Shown here piece by piece: positions 29,641 to 47,566 of a stretch of 64,000 nt of DNA. The notes under the pieces are model-generated. The model worked only from the letters and a program-made list of their open reading frames with translations, had not been told where the DNA came from and did no database searches. Made by a program: the position numbers and the translations under genes. Within the stretch, counting starts at the first letter, position 1, and every line of letters begins with the position of its first letter. Source of the DNA: Amoebidium appalachense. Lineage: Eukaryota; Protista; Ichthyosporea. Where the stretch lies: assembly GCA_963693365.1 (NCBI GenBank), contig CAVNZM010000016.1, positions 5,572,543 to 5,636,542 on the forward strand, in the 5' to 3' direction.

Positions 29641-32224
29641 ATGGCCATCTGGGTCTGTTGCTCACTGCAGCCGTTGCTGTTGCTGACAGCAGGAGGGCTA
29701 GCCGCGCTGTTATATCTGCTTCGCCCCAAGCCAAAGCTGGACGTAAAGGTTAGTGGTCCCCTAATCATGCATTCATGGTCACGTCTGCTTCAACAAAAAC
29801 CACAAAGGGAATAGCCAGTGCAGTTGAAGTTTATAAAGAAAGGCATTTTATAGCTTTAGGCCTTTAACATCATGCTTCTTTGTGGCTGGCATGAAATAGT
29901 CTTGGCGTCTGGAATACTACTTTTACCCATGGGGTGTGTGTCTATGTGCATGCGTCCACAGGATGCGCATGCCTTAGTGCGCGCCCGTGTGTGTATGACG
30001 CTGTGTATGTGATGTTGTGTGGTGTGTGTGTGTTTGGCCTGCGTATGCCTTAGTGCGTCCGTGCATGTTTATGACGTGGTATGTGAAAGTGTGTGTGTGC
30101 GTGTGTGTGTGTGTGTGGGTGGGTGTGCGCGCATCCGTGCAGGTGTTTTTTTTTCCCCCACATCACTTCTCTCCTTCCTTTCTTTGTGCGTTTTCGTTTG
30201 TGTATAGGCGTGTGCAAGTTTTGTGTGTCGCACCGCCTTTGTCTGTACATACGCTTTCTGTATACGTACATAAGCGTATGTGTGTGTGTCTGCGGCTGGG
30301 AACATAGGTCTACCTCCAGTTCACTGCAGCTTGCACAATAAAGTCAGGCACAATACTCTGGACACACGTGTGTGTGCGCGCATGATTCAACTTGTGTTTC
30401 AAGGGTTAAAATAGTGGCTCGACGGCTCCCGTATCCACGAAAGCTGTGCCATGCCGTTCGGATAGAATGACTTGGTTTGCCTGTTTTTGTTATCAGGTAT
30501 TCAATCTGCAAAGCACGTTCTAGTATAGTAGGAAGTCTCGAAATAGACGCAGTTTGTCTCTGTATGCCTATACACTTGTAGGCCTGTACTCATAAGAGGG
30601 TGTAAACAAACATGAAATAAAAGAGGGGAGGGGGGGGGGAAGGCTTCGGGGAAAAAAGAGGTTGCCTTTACAGATGGACTTTGAGAGGTGTATTCATGTG
30701 GGTATGGATGACGATCAGCCATTTTTCATCACAAGCGTTCTAATGGTTGTGTTGTCGCAGGGGAAGGTTGTGTGGATTACGGGAGCTAGTTCTGGCATCG
30801 GCGAAGGTTTGCTGTTCCTCCCTAAGTCCCTTGCCCCACCCCATCTCTCTCTTTCTCCAATACACACCAACACCACCCCCCCCCCCCCACCCCCACCCAC
30901 CCGTCCCTTTGCCTTGGGCCGCTGCCACCCAATCTTTTGTGTTTTTATAGGAACACACCTGATGATAGGCTCTGACTAATATTCAGATGGGGGAGGGGGG
31001 GGGGGGGGGGTTGAATGCGCTACAAAGTACGAAGTACACACAAACAACGGAGGGGGCAAAAATACACAGCACGAAGTACAAATTGATATTGGATAGCCGA
31101 ACACAGACGTCCACAAAAAACCCCCAACACAATTTATCCAAATATAAATGTTATGTGCATGGGGGGGAGGGGGGGGAGGGGGTTGTGTTATTGGTGGCAA
31201 ACATGGATTCCGAGATGCCAACAAGCTTTCACACCACAGAAGCAAAAACAGAAACAGAAAAAAATGAACTGCAAATCAATTGTCCAGGCAGAAAACGTTG
31301 TTTGTGTGTACTTCGTACTTTGTAGCGCATTCAACCCCCCCCCCCCCCCCATCCCCCATCCCCGCGCCATTCTTCTGTTTGCACTCTCAATCCTTTTTCT
31401 GCAATGGGGTGGATTCCCACCCAGTTCGTCCCCCTCCTTCTCCATCACCCCCTCCCCCCCCCCCCCCCCCCCCCCCCGGGCACCCTCTCTCTCTCTATCC
31501 TTTCCGTACCCCCCTGTAGATGACTTGGGCTATTCTTGAGGGTGGACTCTATTTATTATTCATATGCATGCTCTTAAGTGATGTCCATTTTACATGTCAG
31601 CATGTCCTGGCTGTCGTGAATGTATACTTCCTACTTTGTAACACGCTCTAACCCCCCCCCCCCCTCCCCCCCCCCCCCTTCCCCCCCCCCCCCCGGCCCT
31701 CCGCATGCACATCTCTATTACTTCCATTGGGAACTTGCAAGTCGTCTTGCTTCCCCCCTCCTCCTGCCCCCTGGTCCTTTAAACACGCGCGCGCACACAC
31801 ACACACGCACACACACACACACACACACACCAGCCCTCCCAAACACACACACCACACCATCCCATCCTACCCCACCCACACACATGCACATGCACACACC
31901 CCACCCATCCACACACCCACTCCCCCCCCCCCCCCCCCCCCCCCTGTCCACCCACCCACCCACCCACACGTACACATACACCTTTCATCCTAACAGCACT
32001 TGCAGACCTCCTTTATTCACGCGGTGCCAGTGTTATTCTAAGTAGCCGAGACAAGAGCAAGTTGGATTCTGTGGCCAGACGGCTAGAGGATGCACACGGC
32101 AAGAGTGACGACCATAGTGTGAGGGTGCTGACTATAGACCTAGCAGACCTGCATTCCCTACCTGGTGTGTGTGGGTGTGGGAGTGTGTGTGTGTCGTGTG
32201 TGTTTTCTTTCTTTCTTTCCTTTT

Positions 32225-32255
<31 letters not shown>

Positions 32256-33021
32256 GGTGGGGGGGAATGGGAAGGGGAAGGGAGAGGGTGGAGGGGTTAA
32301 AGGGTGAGGGAGTGGGGGGGGGGGGGGGGGGTTTGACTATAGACCTAGAAGACCTGGATTCCCTGCCTGGTATGTGCGGGTGTGGGGGGTTGGTGGGTGG
32401 CTGGGTGGCTGGGCGGGTGGGTGGGGGGAAGGGGGTGGGGGGAAAGGGAGGGGAGGGAAGGGAGAGGGGGGGGGGGGAGGCTTGTGGGTAGGGGTGTGTG
32501 TTTGTGTGAAAGGGGGGGGGGGGGGGGGGGGGGGGGGGGGATGGGGGAAGGGGGGGTCTGTGTTTGTGATAGGCCGGGGGGGGGGGGGAAGAAGGCAATG
32601 GCTGTGTGCTCTTTGATTGTGTTTGAGCGTGTGTATGTCTTTATGTACCTGCGTGCCTGCACGGGTCACTGTGCGGACGTGTGCATTACCGGGGAGGGGG
32701 GGCGGGAGAGGGGAGGAGGGAAGGTGAGGTTGAGTAAGGATTGGGGAGGAGGCGAAGAAAAGGGTGGATGTGTGCTGTGTGGCGGGGTGTGGGGTGGACA
32801 GAATTTTGCATGGTTGTGTGTATGTCTTCATTTGTATGAACGGAACACTGCGAGCCATGGACGTTGCTTTGTCTACTCATATCATACATACATTTACACA
32901 CACACAGGCACAGGCACACTCGCGTACGCAAACACCAATGATTGCCTTCGTGCGTGCACTTGCCACGGTGTATGTGTTACTGTCAAACACTCACTTGTAC
33001 GGCCTGAGGTACAGACAGATA

Positions 33022-33060
<39 letters not shown>

Positions 33061-33791
33061 AAACACACGCACACACATAAACTCTATTTACACGTGTGTA
33101 GCTTACCACTAAGCCTAACATCTTTGTGTTTACAGGCAAAGCCAAGGAGGCTCTTTCCTTATTTGGGCGTATCGACGTGTTGATCAACAATGCCGGCCTA
33201 AGCACACGTGCAAAGGCAATCGACACAAAGGCAGATACCCCCCCCCCCCCGCCTCCCCTCTCTCCCCCCTCAACCTCTTCTTTTCTCCACCCGTCCACCT
33301 CCCTCTTTTTTCAACCGTCCCTCCCCCCCCCCCCCCCCCCCCTTTAACCCTCCCCTCCCCCTTCCCCCCCTCCCCTTACGCTTGCATCCCCCCCCCCCCC
33401 AAACCCGCCCTTACACCCGCCTTTCCCAGAGGCAGTTTGACGTTCCTGGTGGCTATGGTTCATATATGACTGTATCTTTGTTGTCTGTATGTCTCCTCTC
33501 TCCCCCCCCCCCCTCCGGCCGCCTCCCTCTGACCTGTGTGCTATGCTGTAGATGGGGCTTTTATAATGTTACACTGCACGCGTGCACACACACACACACC
33601 GGTACACGTACCAACACAGAGTTGGATGTAGATTTGATGCTGATGAACACTTTCTATCCTATGTGGACACACGCACACATGCCTGCACGCACGCGCGCGT
33701 GCACACACACACACACACACATACGCAAGCACACACGCACACACACACACAAACACACAGACACACAGACCCCCCCCCCCCCCCCCCCCCC

Positions 33792-33825
<34 letters not shown>

Positions 33826-34449
33826 AGAATGGACTGTTTGAGATGGATAATTTTCAGGTGTACCTAGCAATCTACATGGTGTTGTCCGTCATGAATGTGT
33901 ACCTCAATCTCTGTAACACACTTCTAACCCCCCTCTCCCCCCTCCCCCCTCCCCCTCCCCCTCCCCCTCCCCCTCTCCCCCCCCCCCCCCCCCCCCCACA
34001 CACACACACGCGTACACGTACACGTACACAGTTTGACGTTGATGTAATGATGATGAACGTCAATTTTCTGTCCTATGTTGCTCTGACCAAGGCTGTACTT
34101 CCCGGTATGATTGAACGAAGGAGCGGCTATATTGTAAACACGAGCAGTATGCAAGGTGCGTGTCCCCCCCCCCCCCCCCCCCTCCCCCTCCCCCCTCTTT
34201 CCCTTCTTACCCCCCCTCACCCCCCCCCCCTCACCCTCCCCCCCTTGCCACCTCTCCCTTCCCCCCTTACCCCCCCCCCCCCCCCCCCCCCCCCCGCCTC
34301 TCACTTCCTTACCCCCAATTCTCCCCCCTCCCCCCCTCCCTCCTACCGAGGATAGTCTCTGCTTATCATGCATACTTTTGTGTGTGATATGCAATCGACA
34401 TTGTGAGTTGTCCGTCGTAAATGTGTACGTCATACTCGGTAACGCACCT

Positions 34450-34489
<40 letters not shown>

Positions 34490-36331
34490 ACCGGGGAACC
34501 GCCTGCCGAATAATTTTTCTGCGCATTGTTGCATCTTTTTCTTGTGTTTCTTTCTTGCATATCTGCATTGTATATTCCGTCGTTACCTCTTGTACTTACT
34601 GTGTAAGGTATCCCCCCCCCCCCCCCCCCCCCCCCCCTCCCCCCCCTCCCCCATATGTATTACTTGATACTCTGTCAACACACTAACCCCCCCCCCCGTC
34701 CCCCCCTGAGGATGGGCTCTTCTTATTATGCATACTCTTTTATGTATGGTTTGCATTCTGCTTCGTGTTATCCGTTGTTCTTGTGTACTTCGTACTTTAT
34801 GACACATTTAAAGCCCCCCTCCCTCCCTCCCTCCCCCCACTCCTCCCCCCTACCGCCCAACACACATGCACACATAGTACTTGATATTGAGTAAAACACA
34901 CATGCTCACCATCCCCCCCCCCCCCCCCCCCTCTCCGTCTCTGTTTTCCAGGGCTTGTGTCCATCCCTTTCCGTGCGTCCTATGCGGCATCCAAGCATGC
35001 CCTTCATGGGTACTTTGACTGTTTGCGCAGCGAGGTGGCTTCAGGCAACGTGCTCGTGCTGAACGTGTGCCCGAGGTGTGCACGTGTGTGTGTGTGTACG
35101 TGTGTGTGTGTACGTGTGTGTGTACGTGTGTGTGTGTGTACGTGTGTGTGTGTACGTGTGTGTGTACGTGTGTGTGTACGTGTGTGTGTGTGTGTGTACG
35201 TGTGTGTGTGTGTACGTGTGTGTACGTGTGTGTGTGTGTACGTGTGTGTGTACGTGTGTGTGTACGTGTGTGTGTGTGTACGTGTGGGTGTGTGTTCGTG
35301 TGGGTGGGTGGGTGGGTGGGTGGGTGGGGGTGGAGATGGGTGCGTGTGTGTGTGCACGTCGTTTGTGTTGTGCGTGTGTGTTTGGTGGTGGGGGGGGGAG
35401 GGGAGGGGGGGGGATTGACGCCATGTGTGTGTGAATGGGTATGGGTGTGGGTGTATGTGGTGCCTGGGGGGGGGGGGGGGGGGGGGGGGAGAAGGGGGGA
35501 GGGGGAATGCAACGTGTATCTGGAAGGAGGTGGGATGGGTGGGTGTGGGTGTTTGTTGGTGTGTGTCTAGGTGAGTCCGTGCATGAATGTGTGTGCGTGG
35601 GTGTGGTGATGGCGGAAGGTGTGCATGTGTGGGTGGGTGTGTGCGTGTGTGTGGTGGTGGTGGAAGGTGTGTATGTGTGTGTGTGCCTGTGTGTTTGCGT
35701 GCGCACACGTGTGTGTGCGCTTGTGTGTTTGTGTGCGCGCACGTGTGCGTGTGTGTGTTGCGCAGCATTCGTGCGCCGGGGGCGGGCGGGCGGGGGGAGG
35801 GGGGGGGGGGGAGGTTAGCATCGAACATTGGATTTAAATATGCTGACTTTTGGTGGCTCAGCTATGTGCGGACGAATCTCTCACGGAATGCCGTGACAGC
35901 CGATGGGTCAAAACACGGCAAGATGGACAAAACAACAGAAAAGGTATGCCACACTACCCAACACTGCAACTCCCCCCATCCCTCCTCCGCAAATATCTGC
36001 ACGGTGTTGTCCGTCGTGAATGTGTACTTCATACTCTGTAACATATTCTAACCCCCCCCCCCCCCTCCCCTCCCGTTGTAAAAAAAAAAAAGGAAAAAGG
36101 AAACACCACAGCGCACGCGCGCGCACACACACAAACACATGAAGATGGACGCATACCATCACACATATACATATACTCACACCCGCGCACACCCGTGCAC
36201 GCACACCTACACGCACATGCACACGCGCACGCACAGAGCCACACACACCGACACACAGACATACAATGATCATTTAACGTGTGCAGTCAATCAAAGGGAT
36301 GGGCACACACTTTTTCCCTTCTCCCCCCCCT

Positions 36332-36362
<31 letters not shown>

Positions 36363-36408
36363 CGCCCATCCCATTACCATCACTACGATCACCCACCCAG
36401 CCACCCGT

Positions 36409-36443
<35 letters not shown>

Positions 36444-36738
36444 ACTTCTAATAACATAGCCACCACAAATACCTTAAGACTAACCTCACACACACGCACA
36501 AACATCACTCCTCTTCGCCATATCTCCAACCACATCTCCTTTGCTACAGGGATTCCCACCCGAATATGTTGCGTCCCAAATACTCCAAGGAATGGCAGCC
36601 GACTCTGGAACACTGCTCGTTGCCGATACGACCTCAATAATTGGTTATTACATGCGGACCCTCTGTCCTTCCCTATTGTTTACATATCTGAAGAGAAGGG
36701 CAATAAAAGGAGAGGCGGAAGTGTCAAAGAAGCAATAG
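29641..36738 (+). CDS. DHRS7B: Short-chain dehydrogenase/reductase, DHRS7B-like, 311 aa, 8 exons
   Basis: Exons 29641-29748, 30761-30806, 31997-32164, 33136-33230, 34032-34155, 34952-35075, 35862-35943 and 36550-36738 total 936 nt in frame. Has an N-terminal hydrophobic anchor, [12 protein letters not shown], catalytic S...YAASK and the DHRS7B-type [12 protein letters not shown] motif. Intron 4 is GC-AG. Confidence 0.92.
31011..31334. repeat. Perfect 39-bp inverted repeat (foldback/MITE-like) in SDR intron 2
   Basis: 31011-31049 ttgaatgcgctacaaagtacgaagtacacacaaacaacg is the exact reverse complement of 31296-31334. A G-run and a C-run flank the pair on the outside. Confidence 0.85.
35085..35285. 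repeat. (GT)n microsatellite punctuated periodically by AC (gtgtgtac units)
   Basis: Direct reading at the 5' end of SDR intron 6. Confidence 0.85.
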
Positions 36739-36986
36739 AAGTATGATTTTTTTTAAAACTTTAATATATAGAGTTGGTTTGAGGTGATAACCAATGATAT
36801 TACACAGATATAAGTTTACCTGAATGATGTTGAGTGTGCTGAAAAGGTAGTGTGTTGATTTGGCGTCTTCGCCTTTGAGTGAAGTAATGATGTCTGTGTG
36901 GGCAGTCTCTGAATAACGCTCTTAATGCATGTATGGTTTCTGTATCTGTGTCCCTAGCGAGATACCACAAGACAAAGTTTCACCCA

Positions 36987-37028
<42 letters not shown>

Positions 37029-37048
37029 AAAACAAAAAAACAAAAAAA

Positions 37049-37124
<76 letters not shown>

Positions 37125-37782
37125 ATCTCCCATGCAACCACCACCACCATTAAAAACGTTTATCGTTTTTAGTGCGTCTTAGAAATATTGTGTTGGTAGC
37201 TAGAAATTCACATAGTTTGACTAGATTGACACATATAGACCACGTTTTATTTCCCTCTCCCCTCCTCTGAGTCTCCTTTCTGTTATCATCTTATAAAAAC
37301 ATTTATGGTTACATTATCTTTCCTCACTCCCTTTAATTGACCTGTTAATAATGATTCCATAAATTAGTTTTAAAACGGTTACAGTTATTTCCCCTCCCCA
37401 AGGCCTCCATCCCTCTTTTCATCTGATCATGTAATACAACTAAATTAGCATACGGTTAAAGGAAAGGCAGAAGTGTGTAAACAACATGTTGCCAAAAGTG
37501 GCGATTCGTGTATTCTGCAGTTGCGTGAACTGCGATTGATGACTGCTAAACTTTATCTCGCTGCTTCGAGTTATTGGGCAATAGTGATTAAGGGTTTAGA
37601 CGTGGTGTAGTGCAAATAAATAATAACATTTACGGTGACGTTACAAGTAAACTGTATAATTATAACGATGAATGTTTGAGTCGTGTGGGGGTAAAATCCT
37701 CCCTTCCCCCTCCGGGCAGGCCCCAACCCAACTCCACCCACCCACCCAAGGCCAACCTCCCACACACACACACTTGCGCATG

Positions 37783-37814
<32 letters not shown>

Positions 37815-37857
37815 TGCATGCACACGCACACACACACACACACACACACTTGCGCAT

Positions 37858-37892
<35 letters not shown>

Positions 37893-38286
37893 TGCATGCA
37901 CACGCACACACACACTTCCGCAATGCACACATACACACACGTGACCCTCCCCTCCCCCCCTTGGCCATAAACCCCATGTATCATGCCCCATTCATCCCCA
38001 CCAAAAAAGGGAATGCTCAGAGAGGCTCCGCCTGAAGCTTTAAGTGTACAATTTATGTGCCCAAATTTTTGTCGGTGGCAGAGTCTGTGTAGAACCGCAC
38101 GTGCGGGCGCGTACACGTGTACACGTGTGACACTGTGCGTGTGTACCGTACATATGTTGTGATTGAATGTGTTTCTTTTCTTTCTTTCTTTTCTTTTCTC
38201 TTTTCTTTTCCTGCTAGGTGGTGGTATCGGTGATGGTGATTGGTGGTGTGTGCCTGTGTACATGCGCGCGCGCGTGTGTGTGTGTC

Positions 38287-38320
<34 letters not shown>

Positions 38321-38341
38321 TGGTGGCGGTGGTTGGGGGGA

Positions 38342-38381
<40 letters not shown>

Positions 38382-39652
38382 GGGGGAGGGGAGATGGGGA
38401 GGGTGCCAGCGCCCGGGGGTCAAGCACGCCCACCAAATCCCTCCCCCCGGGCCTCCCACTCAGATAAAGCACAACACATGTACACAAAACACAAACACGC
38501 ACTCACACGCACGTGGATCCCTTGAGGGAGGCAGAGAAAGTGTCACGTATTCGTAAACACTGGCGGCGTTTGAGACGGTGGTAGAAACCAATTAGAGCTC
38601 AACATTAAAACAGCCGATAAAAACAGAACATGCGCAGAAGTCACAGTTGGCAAGCGAGATTTCATAGGCAGGCAAGTTACATGTGGGTAATCTGTGCATG
38701 TGTGCGCGTGAGTGTGTGTTTGTGTTTCGTGAGAGCGTTTGTGTGTGTATGTTTTTGGGGGGGGGGGGGGGGATATCGTCAAACTCGGAAGGCTTAGGCA
38801 CATTCGACTCAAGACATCGCAACTGCACCGCGGCATACTATTTATAATAGTGTGCCTATATCATGAATTGTAATAATTGTAAATTTTTAGTTCACAACAG
38901 TCAAATAGATACGTCATTGTTGAACCAATCGGGACACACCTTTAATATTTTATGCAGCGTTAACATGCATGACAGCCAGCCTCTAGTTAGCTGCACACTA
39001 ACTTGAATCATTCCTATACACATTTGAACTCTGCGCCAAATCTCACGCCAAAGGTTCAAATCAAACCAAAATAAACCCGGTACGACCAAACCCTGAAAAT
39101 CGCATTGCCAATATATTCAACGGATGAATTTTGGGCAGATTTTGCGCCCAATAATAGCCTCTGCAACATAAAACATATCGCTAGACATTCGCCTATATAA
39201 ACACACACACACGGGGTACAGGTGAACGTAAAACCATATTCTTTCACCATGCCCACACAAAAACAACCCCCCCTCCCCCCGACCGAAACTGTTCGTCAAT
39301 CATTCGCCGATCCGAAATATTATACCATATATGGGTATCACTGTTGCACAACTATCTATCAGTAGCATCATTTTTTATAAGCATTCACCAAATCGACACA
39401 TTCAATCAAAACCTCACTACACAACAAGAACTGCCCCCCCCCCCCCCCCCCCCCCCCCCAAACACACACACAGCCTACTTCCCCGAAGCTCACCTCCACT
39501 CTCTTAATTTCCGCCACACCCATGCATCCCATCACATACAAAAAAAACAAAAGAACAGCGTAAAAGCCCCCCCCCCCCCCCCCAAAAAAAACAAACAAAA
39601 AAAAACAAAAAAAAACAAAAACAAAAAAAACATACACACACACACAGTATCC

Positions 39653-41626
39653 CTACTCGTCGTGTCTCTCCGTCGTATGTTCTTCCACAACGTGCTCGGC
39701 CTCAGAAACCACCTCTCCCGCACCTTCCCCACCCTCCTCCCCATGCATCTCCACCACCATCATGCCCGGATCTTCCTGCCCCCCTCCTTCGATTTGCTCA
39801 TGTGCGTCTCCCACCTCATCATCCCCCACCACCTCCTCTCCCCCCTCCACGACAACGTTCTCCGCCTCTCCCACCCCCACCCCCTCCGCCCGTGTTTCAG
39901 TCTGCTCGCGCGTATCCAATGGTACCAGCGCCACCATCGCCGTGCCCATCCCCAATGGCGCATGCGCGCCCATGTGTGTTTTTCCCGCTTGGTCAACAAT
40001 GTTGATGTTGGGAGGCATCCCCTTCCCACCCATCTTTGATGTCGCCAATAAGGACATGCCATGCGGTCCGGGGGTTATGCCCAAGAGTTGTGTACCGGGA
40101 GGTGGGGGAACGCCCATCATGCGCAATGGCGGCGGAGGTAGATGTGACCTGTGCGGTTTTGTATCGGCGTACACATGGCCCGTATGTGGATCGACGACCG
40201 TGGATGAAGGAATGGTCTGATGCGAGCAGTGTGCACATGTCACATTCGGCACCCCAGGCGTTCTATTGGCCGTCGCTGGGGCGGTGGCGGTGAATCGGGT
40301 CGCTCCGTCACCCGTTAGCTGCCCGCGAAGAACATTATTCTCCCCCTGTAGCGTCGCGATTCTGAGCTCCGCATCTTCGAGCAACTTGCGCAATCTGTCG
40401 TTCTCCACCTCCAAGTCCTTCATTTTCTGTTTTTTCTTCTGCCGGTGTGCCAGCTGGTGCCGTTTATTCTGTTCCTTCTTGTGCGCCTCCCATTCAGTAA
40501 TCTGCGCCGGATCCGTCAACGATTTAGGGGGCATGCGTTTCCATTTAACCCCGTTAGGATCATCATCCCCACCCGACATCACTTCCCTCTCCGTAGCATC
40601 TCCCTGCTTCTGCCCCTCGCTCTGCGCCTGCTCTGATGCCACTGTGGACGTCGAAACGCTGGGTGCGGGTGAGGGCGAGGGTGTTGCTTGCACCGGCGTT
40701 TTAATCGGATTCACCTGTACCGGATTAATCGGATTAAACGGGGGGTAAGGCCCAGGAGCAGGCATTATTCCTTTGGTACCCGCTTGCCTGGGGTGCGTTC
40801 CGGCCATTGGCATGATTGGAAGTGCAATTGCGACCATTCCGGGGGGCGGAATCATAGGAAACCGCGGTTGCCTATTACCTTTGTCAGAATCTCCCCTTTT
40901 TGCCCCCCTTGGTGCGAGATAGGACTTGGGCATGGGTGGGGGAGGGTGGAAAAACTGGCGTGGCATGTGTGGCAGAGGAATAGACTGGGGAATAAATTGG
41001 GGTCGGGGGACAACTAGTGGGGGGAGAGCCGCAGATTCGTGCGGAGGTTTTGGTGTCTCATCTACGGTTCGTGGCTCTTCTACGGGTTCCGTTTCAGTCA
41101 TCTGTGTGGTATTTTCTTCCGTTTCCACTTCCGTCCCACTTTCACCATGCGTGCCATTCCTTCCTTTCATCTCTCCTCCGTCCACACCTTCCAAATGCTG
41201 GCCGTCATTTTGCACGTCGTGTGTCGATTCTGAAAGCGGCGCCAAACCTTCAATGTGCCCGTGCACGGTTACGTGTGTGTGTGTGTCCGTGTTGTCCTGT
41301 GTCTCCCCTCCTGCCTCTCCCCCTACAGCCTCCATCGCCGATAACTCGCTCAAATAGGACTCGTGAAAGCGGAGAGGCATGGGCGGTGGTGGAGTGATGT
41401 CTTCCTCCAAACCCCTGCGCCCTGCCTTTACGGATCTAGCTGCTTTGCGAACACGACTCGTAGACGAAAGACTAGGGGGGTCTCTAGTTGTGGTTGTTCC
41501 TTTTGGGTTTAACTTTCTTCGTTTGACCCTCCCTCCCTCACCCTCCCCGGAGCTGTCCGAGTGTGTTTGCGTCATGTTTTCTGTGTTACTAATTTCACTC
41601 TGTGTGTCCATGCCCTTTTTCCCCAT
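39653..41626 (-). CDS. Intronless bZIP-domain transcription factor-like protein, 657 aa
   Basis: Long non-repetitive ORF containing KKEQNKRHQLAHRQKKKQKMKDLEVENDRLRKLLEDAELRIATLQGENNVLRGQL (N-x7-R basic region plus leucine heptads). Also has an NLS-like RVKRRK, and Pro-rich and acidic low-complexity flanks. Confidence 0.85.
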   Translation of the reverse strand: MGKKGMDTQSEISNTENMTQTHSDSSGEGEGGRVKRRKLNPKGTTTTRDPPSLSSTSRVRKAARSVKAGRRGLEEDITPPPPMPLRFHESYLSELSAMEAVGGEAGGETQDNTDTHTHVTVHGHIEGLAPLSESTHDVQNDGQHLEGVDGGEMKGRNGTHGESGTEVETEENTTQMTETEPVEEPRTVDETPKPPHESAALPPLVVPRPQFIPQSIPLPHMPRQFFHPPPPMPKSYLAPRGAKRGDSDKGNRQPRFPMIPPPGMVAIALPIMPMAGTHPRQAGTKGIMPAPGPYPPFNPINPVQVNPIKTPVQATPSPSPAPSVSTSTVASEQAQSEGQKQGDATEREVMSGGDDDPNGVKWKRMPPKSLTDPAQITEWEAHKKEQNKRHQLAHRQKKKQKMKDLEVENDRLRKLLEDAELRIATLQGENNVLRGQLTGDGATRFTATAPATANRTPGVPNVTCAHCSHQTIPSSTVVDPHTGHVYADTKPHRSHLPPPPLRMMGVPPPPGTQLLGITPGPHGMSLLATSKMGGKGMPPNINIVDQAGKTHMGAHAPLGMGTAMVALVPLDTREQTETRAEGVGVGEAENVVVEGGEEVVGDDEVGDAHEQIEGGGQEDPGMMVVEMHGEEGGEGAGEVVSEAEHVVEEHTTERHDE

Positions 41627-42615
41627 AAGTACGTCTACCCCAGATATGGTTTTTAGATCTAAACCAAGCCTCTAGCCAAACCCCGTCAAAAGAAAACTAA
41701 AAAAAAAGCACGGTAGAATGTGCTGCCCCTAGCCACGCCGTTGCATGAATGACTAGAGAACTATCACAACTTAGAAAGCCCCACGAGAAGTAATCTACAC
41801 TACACCCGTGTGTACCCTTTTTACCCAACACCACAAAGCCAAGCACGAAGGGCTTTGGCGGGAACCTGGAAAACTCGGAAAAAACGAAAAAAGGAAAAAC
41901 GGTCACATCCAACCGGCAAAGGGCAAAAGTGCCTGGTGCAAGACTTGTGTAGGTCTTTGTCAGCCTGCCGTAATCGGATCGCGCGTAATCTGATTGGGAA
42001 AAAGTTCGAGAAGGGTAAGAAAAACATCTAAACAACAGTTCAGTTTTTGTTTCATATGTAGAATGTGCCATGAAAAAATACATGTGCATTACTACATTTA
42101 CACAACAAAAACACACTGATAGTACCCTATATTATGTAGATGGCTATAATGCATTCTTCTAGGCAACGCGCTAGCCTGTGCTGTACCAGATATGGTGTTG
42201 TTCCGCCGACGGCGGAACAGTCAGGGCGTTTACCGCGCTCTGAATCGGCTTATAATTACCCTTGCTTGATTGGGCCACACTCGAGCCGGACCTCTCTCGT
42301 CTGAGCTTCTCAGGTGACTTTTTGATTGCGCAAACATCCTGCTGGAAACTGCTATCACGCAACCGGCGGCTCACAAAACTAACTTAGTTTTTGCTGTCAG
42401 TTGGAAACTTTGCTTGGAAGAAGTGAAAGAGAGCAGAAGTGCTGGTTTATTTAAGCGGTTCGCATTGTAACAAAAAGAAATCAAGTCTGTTTCAAAACAC
42501 TGCCTTGAGGCTTAATAGCAGGACATCTGCAATCAAGGAACGGAAGAGGGCTTTGTTGCGTACGAGATCTGACAATTCCATCGCCGTCGAGTGCGAGGAT
42601 TTATGAAACGGCACC
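41627..42615. promoter_or_regulatory. Probable bidirectional promoter between the bZIP and USP genes
   Basis: Head-to-head starts ~1 kb apart. The interval is free of microsatellites and contains CCAAT boxes (tgattgg at about 41991 and 42267). Confidence 0.45.
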
Positions 42616-47217
<4,602 letters not shown>

Positions 47218-47482
47218 CAAAATTTCGTCATGGACCTCCCCTCCCCCGGACACCTACTTCGGAAAATTTTCTGCCTGTGAAACCGCACGCGTTTTTCGCT
47301 ATTTCGCAGGAATATTTGACTCAGTAGGAAATCTCCCCATCATATGAACCGAGGTTGGGACTAATCGGGTTTTTTAGAATGAGTATTTTCAATTTGGGGA
47401 CCTGGGTTTGATTGCTGAATAGCCATTGTTGTATTGCTGAGATAGGACTGACTGTTTACACGACATTGTATAGTAGTTGTCG

Positions 47483-47566
47483 ATTTTTTTTCTTTTCTCT
47501 ATGGCCTGATCACGTGCCAATATGATTTTTTTTCTTTTCTCTATGGCCTGATCACGTGCCAATATG
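47483..47566. repeat. Tandem duplication (~41 bp x2)
   Basis: gattttttttcttttctctatggcctgatcacgtgccaatatg occurs twice. Confidence 0.9.

Noticed and set aside
39344-41675. Plus-strand ORFs overlapping the bZIP gene, and minus-strand S/L/F-rich ORFs over PRP4 exon 2
   Set aside because: Antisense shadows of real coding sequence.
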